Positions 57,501-63,640 of a stretch of 64,000 bases of DNA are shown one piece after another. Under the pieces are notes generated by a model. It made no database searches and was not told the DNA's origin. It was given only the letters and a program-made list of their open reading frames with translations. Source of the stretch: Candidatus Poseidoniales archaeon (lineage in GTDB: Archaea; Thermoplasmatota; Poseidoniia; Poseidoniales; Poseidoniaceae); the NCBI GenBank assembly GCA_003602575.1, contig QQRY01000040.1:7753-71752 (forward strand), read 5' to 3'. Each line of letters opens with the position of its first letter. The first letter of the stretch is position 1. The position numbers were made by a program, and so were the translations under genes.

Positions 57501-57836
57501 GCTGTTGGATTTAGATTCTTACGTGGAAGTGGTGAATATTATGATGATGAAGACGATGAAGATTATGACTATGATGTTGACTCAGTTGTAGGAACTACAG
57601 CTGTGAATACACAATCCTTTGCCAGACCACCCTCAACACCTCCAACTAAACCTGAACCATACACCGAACCTGAGCCTGAGCCAGAACCTGAAGTCGAACA
57701 AGAATCGAGTGAATCAGAAGATTGGATGATAGATTACAGAGTTGAAGATGATGGAACTGAATGGGGACAGGCTGACGACGAAGTGTGGTACTACCGTGAG
57801 CCAGGACAGTCCGAATGGGTTGAGTGGTCTGACTGA
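48585..57836 (+). CDS. Giant TM-anchored surface protein: about 6-7 super-repeats of about 320 aa, then an Ig-like (Big_1/invasin-type) array, TM helix and acidic, Trp-rich cytoplasmic tail
   Basis: The ORF is an uninterrupted 9.2 kb. The track uses GTG at 48567 (3,089 aa); I prefer ATG at 48585 (MIKESNSRRSATAILLVIMFLSADILV) because of the TATA spacing. Periodic motifs recur about every 0.97 kb: YYWR/FWRVRA/YTWWVQG and TWN..G..PW..PG. The Ig-like repeats follow the pattern ITAD.....F.....D.(F/N)GN. The TM helix lies at about 57418-57513. Confidence 0.85.
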   Translation: MIKESNSRRSATAILLVIMFLSADILVTQTALEEPILEDNDNVQTSIRNVVAASMVYISSNEVNTNYAGEINTLVGVNATDEARGLVNFNNTVNPNDTVQSAILSMHCNDVYAPNTINGINIYAASVEKSWRETESTWINSDSTTFWQTAGADDVLSDRSEWETPATKTQISTSGVYNYSFNVTKLVQQDSIDNTPTFDFLLSAIGGMLQCVQTTAIYPPHLAIETSSVTPGDGGSVTSDFVTDGMPLMSNDFILKAETNPTLSYNNLNGSHVEFQLSLGDDFRNDSDLDWIYSTLNDPFTTTSNSGSFTIPQSDSIQNGSIIYYRARSLDSSGMISNWSSGHFLLPNLNVIDNNDGTATINAKANDLNLGTLKFIEDVEIDSSSPNSNLGSSAQISVQSDTTAESMIYTRVNTQYLGLNSSLAIIDADVSFTRTILPATPSMLSFHHNENLFWEENTATWRYYDGSNEWENGGINEIGIASNTILMSDQTSQRFTFSIEDVVQSSLDDVSQDGLEFTLLSRLEGESISTSNNDVSFYSTDDSNLALQPTIGITYMLSQSSPVPAPELITPIDGSPVWNLTGHNLSANTLPSLTWNSTQSAPYGMLFQLSEDKSYRNLIFNNDSRYGNPVQSTAGQFTMPYNMPLDTGKMYYWRMANFDTDNRLSEWQYSSFLVSSLNSNWLGGDRYEMTLELGTETQEESIPYCHESTISSTFTDSNDYGSPRMRVINDQVQGIGTGLFQCDVSNYLLPNGYAIESSQIELELDSYTNPAEIGVWEGFQHNWTEQGVTWNTYDGTNPWNSPGATGSEKGQLLDSQMITSSASQGDIVAWNITSATQKSMREGTPLDLIFNTISTTQSTTLFYSSFEFDQSKHPSLKFVYIPGSNQLPVIPTLDYPVNGDWLYTPDFILESETKPTLNWTDNSVSNSIIGWALEIDSASSFSSNELQTYTSWNDIGFDLSNTNFEIQNDLDVGEQWFWRVRALSSTYQLGDWSPASHFYLADLDTTSIDADHFTMNLRHEEAMPHISLPQFEDTYISDDGSVLSFPHGSDLDIKVGTSNIGDNFSGLIKIDINSQLQPSNGRIISAELKMYSSPILSTPNLPVAVRPVLMPWTDEATSLSPIGNNSSLWSSPGGRDIGVDIGQIEDIQMSTTGWMAWNVTHSVQRAIASGNNLLSLMLYNTNPAPNQVVSFSSVESFSNQPYLELVWANGSATSPLDYPENAYPADGEIVWDSSSHSLVADKTPTFQWNLSSTSNFSPDAWKLFIDNDIDDEMEGQIVFDSRANPSYFDISNMEFYAPYDLDFSNNIQWSVQGIENGMIGFTSNKTSYWLPNYISDEISTTDAWVEFQEGAMVEELSFPLITSDTYLDENDPSSIKNGQGLYVGESPSDPNMRSSSLISFDFSTLPMPSTYEILHASLQLTELSNSSGLSTFYCSDMFTTWDESSTWNSPGVNNAWVAPGAFHSTDSDLPSPKSHFDVLSEEKNCDITAIMQKAIVNGDENMSIIIQPEYDSSGSIQGQYLFADSENPILESRPKLVLEYRTTNPWIPQPPVLTTPAMSQTLWNNSSPIPQNVDSILYSFIQGNTNATDWEFCTSYDQRIYTCIDSVGDLLEYPDWQWDLATNTLSMNNATIVDQSASDEWVYWKMLSIQDHRIGDYSSPSEYRIPSDLGLDDGTGNYTYELSRASIFESTGVLPQVLDASIDSNSLVNTGSNSALTLGYNANTGGNSDIILDFDLSQIPWPSAITPTSMILEMNLQSTSQSSSPLTVSAYACSSFSETLVTSANAPICSNNEITRTTLTSSSSGAVEWDLTALGQANFASNNLSFTVILDAENVSSSYDFITSEGAATLQPKLVLEYVDNIGGILPPSQPVLSTPVDGSVLYDSSNDIITSQDSVTLSWSPSSGASSYILFLSDSNGITTFDSRFDSEISGNSFTSSTSLNVGEVYTWWVQGINQTIPGPSSSRWTFAIGDPVHYFNNDGTYVYDFQDASEVEEFGHVEIRDAGINDAFADSNYGSLDTMELGTGCEDVAGSLCYGVFSLDASQVPLDTSQSVHSIDLTLFVESWDLSGGAYEIEFSVHEFLDSSWNEYSLTWNTTGVNPGLTAGVDYNATPLDIQTFTSTDFELTFEIGIPGMLVDDERHWIIIANPISTGAVLDGLVSVYSSDASNEQDKKPLLEFHTTNVSSLNVTASTSAFDADTPILFEVVSFDQFGITNIPGIPVGGLIEWTTTSGSISSINSTLATMTPSISGLQTVTACYGVICSSFDLIINPGIPVQLMASLDNTTSQSSQTITADQTAEIFSYVLDQFGNVVTSQTINYYSTNGSMVGTVFYPYSVGTHTLTAEWNGVSNSLTVDLTVIVTPGAPYAIELSGCEMILASGTSCSIYATTYDQFGNLVWFDDVGSYSFSFTNGNVVKIQTPTPHSQPPSADILVGEFTGILIGTSTVSISTSTGQTYSIDVEVTHGEMASLELISSSETITADDSLEINATRIDLNGNRLPVSIPIGNWSQLADGTLTEGIPHIWVPTFQGTKTLTVTYESFTENITVFVSRGSLDTLELRVNDQVSNNFLFNITADQSLETNVKAFDAKGNIWYPLVDWTITHSIWANQTELSKTSNSTDTIFSPVHESMESYVITATYLEEGVTYESQIFVKVSKGDLDNFIITALDEDGEAPSQESGFNITADESISFSSELSDYDGNSFDQSVLSWVLVNKSNGLEVDITTLLVENGMVWDATIAGDWQIYAYSINNRGQNLTSSFDISVNHGIALYIEVVASATSQDAGGEVGLTVYGYDSDGNKFPQTVSWKENDGLPHNINSTENEAEYLFNGRVSGNYSLSATYAASTDTVDVTVYSLSIPKYITVNASKTTLEQLDSLSISVVAFDEFWNIIDVPSSSYVEATGRAEVINNGQGNWKIETLDEGKQTATISVGTVSQQVNYTVEGNIAGFFAAGGSLYYVAAGLIVLIALAVVAVGFRFLRGSGEYYDDEDDEDYDYDVDSVVGTTAVNTQSFARPPSTPPTKPEPYTEPEPEPEPEVEQESSESEDWMIDYRVEDDGTEWGQADDEVWYYREPGQSEWVEWSD

Positions 57837-57885
57837 GAGGTTGTTTGATAACCTTTGATAGATGAGCAATATACGAGGGAAGATT

Positions 57886-60525
57886 ATGAAGCGATTAACA
57901 GCTGTATCGATTCTAATTATCTTCCTTGTTAGTTTAGCCAGTCCTTTTGGCGAAGAATATGTTGAATTAGGTGAAAAGAATACAGTTTCTTATCAAGGTT
58001 CAGCTGCTGTGAGAATAGATATTACTTCACCAGCATATGTTATGACTGCGGATGAAGTGATCACCTTTACTGCCACTCTATACGATTCGGTTAACAGTAT
58101 AGTTGCCGGTGAAGTGACATGGTCTTCAACCAACGGAACAATCACAGATGATGGTACATTTTACCCATGGAATGCGGGGGTAATTTCGATTCAGGCAAAT
58201 GCCGGCACATTATCGACTATTTACAACATGACAGTTGAGGCAGGAATTGGACAATCTCTAGAAATTTCTATCAATTCTGCCAATGTACTTGAAGCAAATG
58301 TACTGACTGCTAACCTTGTTGATGCTAGAGGAAATACAAAGCCGACTCAGGATGCCATTTGGACTGTAGATGGTGAATTTATTGGACAAGGTACACCAAA
58401 CTGGATTCCTCAAGATATCGGTGAATATGAATTGGGTGCTAGACTATACCAAATGGAAACTACAAAACAAGTCAATGTCGTTTCGGGAAGTCCACATGAA
58501 TTTTTATTCCCTACAAATATGTTAATCCAAAGTGGTGGAATTGTAAAATTAGAACCTTCTCTAGTCGATATCAATGGTTTTGAAATGGCAAATACGGCAG
58601 CAGGTGCTAAACTCTGGAGTGTAGAGAATGGTTCAGTAAACAGTACAGGTTGGTTCTTCGCTACTCACCCAGGTTATTGGAATGTAACAGTTACAGCTGG
58701 TGGAATTTCAGGTACTGGAGTAATTAGAGTAGTTCCTTCAGATGCTACAACTTCAGAACTCCAGATTATTCCATCACCCGATTTTTTCATCGCTGGTGAG
58801 AAGTACGAGTTGACATCTTTTAGAACAGATAATCTAGGTTATTCGGGGACAATAACTCCTCCTATCACTGACTTTTCAGTTACATCGGGTTCACTGAGTC
58901 AAGAAGATGGTAGAGTATTTTGGACTCCAATGACTGAAGGGCTACAATACATATCAGTAGTAGATGCAGATATTTCATCGACAACATCAGTAGTTGTCGG
59001 TCATGGTACAGCCATTGATACAAAAATAAAATTATCACCTTCTGTAGTTTCTGCGGGGCAGCAATCAACACTTTCAGTCTACGCTTTTGATCTTGCAGGA
59101 AATGAATGGCCAGTAAACGCTACCATAACTACCGCGGTTGGTAATGATTCAGCTTTAACTCAGTATGAGACATGGGCATCATTTATTCCGGATTCAACCG
59201 GATTTTGGCGATTTGAAACCTCTTGGTTTGATGAAACTACAGACATTAGATTTGATAGTTCTCTTCAATTTGAAGTAGGGTACGGACAATTAGCCTTAAT
59301 CACGCTAGATGGTCAAGGCTCAAGCATAGCAGCAGATGTGGCATTTGATTTGAATCCAAATTTCTTTGATGCTTATGGTAATCAATTGTATGATATTGGC
59401 CTTAACTGGACAATTGATGGTGAGGACTCAACATTAGAAATGATTCTATCACAGAATAAGTGGATTCCTACTACTGTGGGTAGTCATGAAATTCAGGCTA
59501 ATGCTGCAGGTATTTTCGCTATTGTAACTCTGAGTGTTTCAGCAGGAGATGCTAGAACATTGATTACTGAATTTGATGATGGATTTTTTGTTAATGCTGG
59601 AGTTCCTGCAGAGATATTCATTCAGATAGCAGATACACGTCAAAATTTAGCCCCTGCAGAAGATGTTTCAACAACTATCTCTAATGAAACTGGAATATTT
59701 GAACCATCCACTTCTGGTAGAGGTTATTGGACGTTCACAGGGAAGAAAGCCGGTCAGTATGACTTGACTTTGATACAAGATGATGCCGAAAAAACACTTT
59801 CCCTCACAATAGAGCCTGGAGAAGCAATACAATTATTCGGAATTATCGATGGAACTAATTTTCAACAAGGAGACTATGGCCTTCTTCGAATTTACGGTGT
59901 TGATAGTGAAGGTAATACAGTGAAAGTCGAACCTGAAAATACCACAATAAGTTGTACATCAGGTCCGGCAGAATTTATCACAGGAGATACATGGGAGATT
60001 GAGATAAGTAAATCGGGACTTGACCGTTCATGTACAATCGCGTGGAATGGCCTGATCACTCAATATTTCTTTGATGTCGAATCGGTTCTATTTGGCGGTG
60101 CTGTTGGCTCGACTAATACTGCAATGAGTCTTGCAGGATTCCTGTTAGGTTTGGTTCTAATTACACTTATTGTCTTGGTTAGAAGAGCAAAGAGTATTGA
60201 TGATGAAGATTGGATCGAAGATGAATTTGATAGTGATTACTATGATGACGAGGATGATTACGAAGACGATGATTACGAAGATGATGATTATGAAGACGAA
60301 GATGAAGTGACAGTAGATTCGACTGATTCAGGTCAACAAGATGAATCCAATTTCACACTTTCAGATGAACAAAAGAAACAGTTGGCATTAGAGGCCTCAA
60401 AACTCGGTGTAATGCAAGCAGCTCCAGGGACAGTACAGGGTTCAAGCGGATGGTATGTGGATGTCAGTGAGGAAGTCCAATATTGGAATGTTGGCGAAGA
60501 TGGTTCATGGACAAGAGTACAATAA
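57886..60525 (+). CDS. TM-anchored surface protein made of Ig-like (Big_1/invasin-type) repeats; shorter paralogue of the C-terminal third of the upstream giant protein
   Basis: I place the start at MKRLTAVSILIIFLVSLASPFG, which has GAGGGA 5 nt upstream; the track ORF starts at 57862 (887 aa). Repeats include MTADEVITFTATLYDSVNSIV, SAGQQSTLSVYAFDLAGNEW and IAADVAFDLNPNFFDAYGNQL. The TM is LAGFLLGLVLITLIVLV, followed by a D/E/Y-rich tail and a terminal Trp-rich motif. Confidence 0.8.
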   Translation: MKRLTAVSILIIFLVSLASPFGEEYVELGEKNTVSYQGSAAVRIDITSPAYVMTADEVITFTATLYDSVNSIVAGEVTWSSTNGTITDDGTFYPWNAGVISIQANAGTLSTIYNMTVEAGIGQSLEISINSANVLEANVLTANLVDARGNTKPTQDAIWTVDGEFIGQGTPNWIPQDIGEYELGARLYQMETTKQVNVVSGSPHEFLFPTNMLIQSGGIVKLEPSLVDINGFEMANTAAGAKLWSVENGSVNSTGWFFATHPGYWNVTVTAGGISGTGVIRVVPSDATTSELQIIPSPDFFIAGEKYELTSFRTDNLGYSGTITPPITDFSVTSGSLSQEDGRVFWTPMTEGLQYISVVDADISSTTSVVVGHGTAIDTKIKLSPSVVSAGQQSTLSVYAFDLAGNEWPVNATITTAVGNDSALTQYETWASFIPDSTGFWRFETSWFDETTDIRFDSSLQFEVGYGQLALITLDGQGSSIAADVAFDLNPNFFDAYGNQLYDIGLNWTIDGEDSTLEMILSQNKWIPTTVGSHEIQANAAGIFAIVTLSVSAGDARTLITEFDDGFFVNAGVPAEIFIQIADTRQNLAPAEDVSTTISNETGIFEPSTSGRGYWTFTGKKAGQYDLTLIQDDAEKTLSLTIEPGEAIQLFGIIDGTNFQQGDYGLLRIYGVDSEGNTVKVEPENTTISCTSGPAEFITGDTWEIEISKSGLDRSCTIAWNGLITQYFFDVESVLFGGAVGSTNTAMSLAGFLLGLVLITLIVLVRRAKSIDDEDWIEDEFDSDYYDDEDDYEDDDYEDDDYEDEDEVTVDSTDSGQQDESNFTLSDEQKKQLALEASKLGVMQAAPGTVQGSSGWYVDVSEEVQYWNVGEDGSWTRVQ

Positions 60526-60549
60526 TCCGATATTATTGCATTAGAATAA

Positions 60550-62205
60550 TTACTCTTCTTCGATCTGTTCGAAGGTATCAATGAACTCATCAATATCAAT
60601 GACTCCATCTTCATTAGAATCGCCTTTGTGGAAAATTGACCGGGACTCATCAGAGTTGAACTTGAAGCCCAGAGATTTCAATGCATTTTGAAATTCTCTA
60701 ACATTCAAATGACTTTTCCCTCCAAAATCAGCAGCATGGAATGCAGCAAGTCTTCTGTTATGTTCTACTTTTGTAGGATTTTGGAATTGTTCTCTAAAAG
60801 TTTTGATTGGAGTACTATCCGATGAATGCATGTAGTGTTTGCGTCCATACAAATAATATGTGATTAGACCAACAACAATAGCAACACTTCCTCCAATATA
60901 TGCTTTATAGCCCATCAGAATTATCAGTATAATTCCAGCGATGATTCCCCAGAGTTGGATGTATGGGTACATTGGACTCTTGTATGCAGGATTCCAATCA
61001 TGCTTTTCACTGGTTTGTCTAAGAACAATTACACAGGAATTAATCATAATAAAAATCATAATCTTAAATCCTGATGCTAATTTTACCACATCTTTTAGAT
61101 CGACAAATATGATTGCTAGACCCATTGCTAATCCGGTTACTAGAATAGGAATGTGAGGTGTCTCAAATTTTGCATTTACATTCTCTAATGGTTGAGGTAG
61201 AAGGTTGTCTCTAGCCATTGCAAACAAGAATCTAGATGAGGCCATAATTCCAGCAAGAGCCATTGAAATCATTGTTAAGACCGATAGTATTGCTGCAAAT
61301 ACTCCGAACTCAGTATTTACTACCGACTTAGCAAATACATAAATTGGGTCTTCGACAACTTTACCATCAACAATCCACCATTCTCCTGGAATCGAAGCCA
61401 TCATAAGGAATGCAATTGCTGAGTATAGGACTGTTGCAATCAACAATGATAGCATAATACCAGCAGGGAGATTACGTTCAGGATTTTTCACTTCCCCGCC
61501 AATGGCAGCTACTTTAGTTACTCCAGCATAAGCAACAAATACAAATGCGGAGGTTTCAGCAAGAGTCCAAATATCTGTATCAAAGGCTCCATCGAAAGGA
61601 ATACTCGGGTCGAAATTTTCTGAGAATAATGATGCGATACAGATGAATACCAGTAATCCTACAGTAGTAATAACAATAGGTGTTTGAATCGCTTTAATCT
61701 TAGAAACACCTAGTATATTGATGATAGTAATTAGAACTAAAGCACTTAATGAAAGTGTATACATACTAATTTCGATATCAAAGAAAGTTGTAACAGCAAC
61801 AAAATATGCTGAAAAACCGATTAAAGCAAATGCAGATTTTAGTAGGAAAGATGCCCACAAACCTAGGCCACTAATTGTCCCTACCATTGGTCCATATGTC
61901 CTTTCAAGGAAAACATATGAACCGCCACTAGAAGGCATTGCAGAAGATAATTCGGATTTCGATAATGCGCCAGGAAGAACTACAGAAGCAGCTAGAAGGA
62001 ATGCTAACCAAATACCAGCACCCATAATTTCTGCAGCAAAGGTTGGGGTGACAAAAATTCCAGGTAGCATTGCTGAAAGAGATATAACAACAACGCCCAT
62101 AAGGCCGATTGTACGTTTTAATGTAACTTTTATTTCTTCTTTTACAGAATCAATATCTCCACTCACAACGCCTTTCAAAATCTTTTCTACTGATTTTTTT
62201 ACCAT
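60550..62205 (-). CDS. APC-superfamily amino-acid permease with C-terminal cytoplasmic EF-hand pair
   Basis: It has about 12 TM helices with APC-type blocks (LSKSELSSAMPSSGGSYVFLERTYGP..., FVFVAYAGVTKVAAIGGEVKNPERNLP). The C-terminal DSNEDGVIDIDEF is a canonical EF-hand loop. I place the start at MVKKSVEK (62205), which has GGAGG 7 nt upstream; the track ORF starts at 62241. Confidence 0.8.
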   Translation of the reverse strand: MVKKSVEKILKGVVSGDIDSVKEEIKVTLKRTIGLMGVVVISLSAMLPGIFVTPTFAAEIMGAGIWLAFLLAASVVLPGALSKSELSSAMPSSGGSYVFLERTYGPMVGTISGLGLWASFLLKSAFALIGFSAYFVAVTTFFDIEISMYTLSLSALVLITIINILGVSKIKAIQTPIVITTVGLLVFICIASLFSENFDPSIPFDGAFDTDIWTLAETSAFVFVAYAGVTKVAAIGGEVKNPERNLPAGIMLSLLIATVLYSAIAFLMMASIPGEWWIVDGKVVEDPIYVFAKSVVNTEFGVFAAILSVLTMISMALAGIMASSRFLFAMARDNLLPQPLENVNAKFETPHIPILVTGLAMGLAIIFVDLKDVVKLASGFKIMIFIMINSCVIVLRQTSEKHDWNPAYKSPMYPYIQLWGIIAGIILIILMGYKAYIGGSVAIVVGLITYYLYGRKHYMHSSDSTPIKTFREQFQNPTKVEHNRRLAAFHAADFGGKSHLNVREFQNALKSLGFKFNSDESRSIFHKGDSNEDGVIDIDEFIDTFEQIEEE

Positions 62206-62227
62206 AAATAAACCTCCAAAAATATGG

Positions 62228-63640
62228 TTATGCCTTAGCAATAACTTTCATTTCTACTGCAATTGGCGTAGGCAGTGCTCTAATTGCCAAAGTGGTCCGA
62301 GTAGGTCCAACTTTACCGAGAGTTTCTGCCCATACCTCGTTATAGCCTGCAAAGTCTCTGTCCATATCGATTAGAAATGATGTAACATCTAAAACATTAT
62401 TGATAGATGACCCTGCTTCTTCTAATATTCTAGTGATGTTATCGATTACTGCTTGAGTTTGTGCTTTGATATCATATTCGAGAGGCGCTCCAGATGAATC
62501 ATGAATCGGGCCACCTGGAATTGCATTAGTCCCTGGTTGCCTAGGACCTACGCCTGAAAGATAAATCAAATCACCAACTTTGCGTGCATGGGGATAAGCG
62601 CCTACTGGCTTTGGAGCAGAATCTGTATTAACTGAACCTTCTGCTTCGGTAGGATCCCAAAGTTCAGGGCCTTGATTCGTATTCTTCGAAGGTTGATTAT
62701 GATCATTGGTTTCATCTGATTCTAAATGAGTGTCAAGGACGCCTCTCTCACCAGCGAACACTTCTACATCATCTTCATCATATTCTTTGTCGCCAACTCC
62801 AGAAGGTGTTGGATTTAGATGTACAACAGCCCCTCCTGCTCCGTTTAATGCTTCATATGCAAGAACTTCCCCTGTTAGATTATTACGATTTTCATTCATA
62901 GCCGAAAGCCACCACATTGGCTTGAATGTGACTACTTTTTGGACCCTGATTTGGCGATGTATAGTTCGAGATAACTGGCTGACATCCTCTAATCTTCCTT
63001 CATTTAGGAACTCGAGTATTTTTCGATTCCACTCATCATCTTTCAAAGAGTGGATTTTATCATCCTTAGGGTCGATATTTTCAGTAAACATTCTATTCGA
63101 TAGCGACATTGCAGTAACCGCAACAGCTTTCCTTCCAGTGCTTTTTATGACATCTAGGCATGCTTTAGCAAGTACGGTTGTTTCACTCCTATTGGAATAA
63201 ACATTGGAAGATACGATTACTGCAGGAATTTTATTATCTGGATTTAACAATGTTAATGCAACCACTGACCCAACGTCAATCGGGAATCCTTTGTACGCTA
63301 CAGTACGGCTCTGTAAACCTCTTTCTTTATTCGATTTATTCCAAGCATGGGCAAAATCAGCATCGATATTAAATGAATAATTAATTGAACCAAGGTCGTG
63401 GAAATCATGGTCTACCATTACCCATTCAGGATTAGGGTCAGCCTGAATTTGATGCCCGATTATACTTGGCCATGTAGTTGAGTAAATGATCAATAAATCA
63501 GCACCACTTTCCTCAATACGTTTTGCGGCTAAGTCATATGCTTGTCTTAGTCTACCCCATCCCTCATTTTTTTCTGGTGCCAGAACAGTATGTGGATGTA
63601 CGGGCACTACGAAGGAATCAATCAATTCACCTGAACTCAT
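62228..63640 (-). CDS. Fusion protein: degenerate LigB-type (class III extradiol dioxygenase subunit-like) domain, acidic linker, RidA/YjgF-family deaminase domain
   Basis: The N-terminal roughly 285 aa follow the LigB/MhpB/AmnA-B fold pattern (VVPVHPH..., ADLLIIYS..., PIDVGSVVAL..., VAVTAMSLSNRMF). The C-terminal 129 aa (62231-62617) read PKPVGAYPHARKVGDLIYLSGVGP...DVTSFLIDMDRDFAGYNEVW...GPTRTTLAIRALP...VEM, which is the RidA signature. Confidence 0.65.
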   Translation of the reverse strand: MSSGELIDSFVVPVHPHTVLAPEKNEGWGRLRQAYDLAAKRIEESGADLLIIYSTTWPSIIGHQIQADPNPEWVMVDHDFHDLGSINYSFNIDADFAHAWNKSNKERGLQSRTVAYKGFPIDVGSVVALTLLNPDNKIPAVIVSSNVYSNRSETTVLAKACLDVIKSTGRKAVAVTAMSLSNRMFTENIDPKDDKIHSLKDDEWNRKILEFLNEGRLEDVSQLSRTIHRQIRVQKVVTFKPMWWLSAMNENRNNLTGEVLAYEALNGAGGAVVHLNPTPSGVGDKEYDEDDVEVFAGERGVLDTHLESDETNDHNQPSKNTNQGPELWDPTEAEGSVNTDSAPKPVGAYPHARKVGDLIYLSGVGPRQPGTNAIPGGPIHDSSGAPLEYDIKAQTQAVIDNITRILEEAGSSINNVLDVTSFLIDMDRDFAGYNEVWAETLGKVGPTRTTLAIRALPTPIAVEMKVIAKA

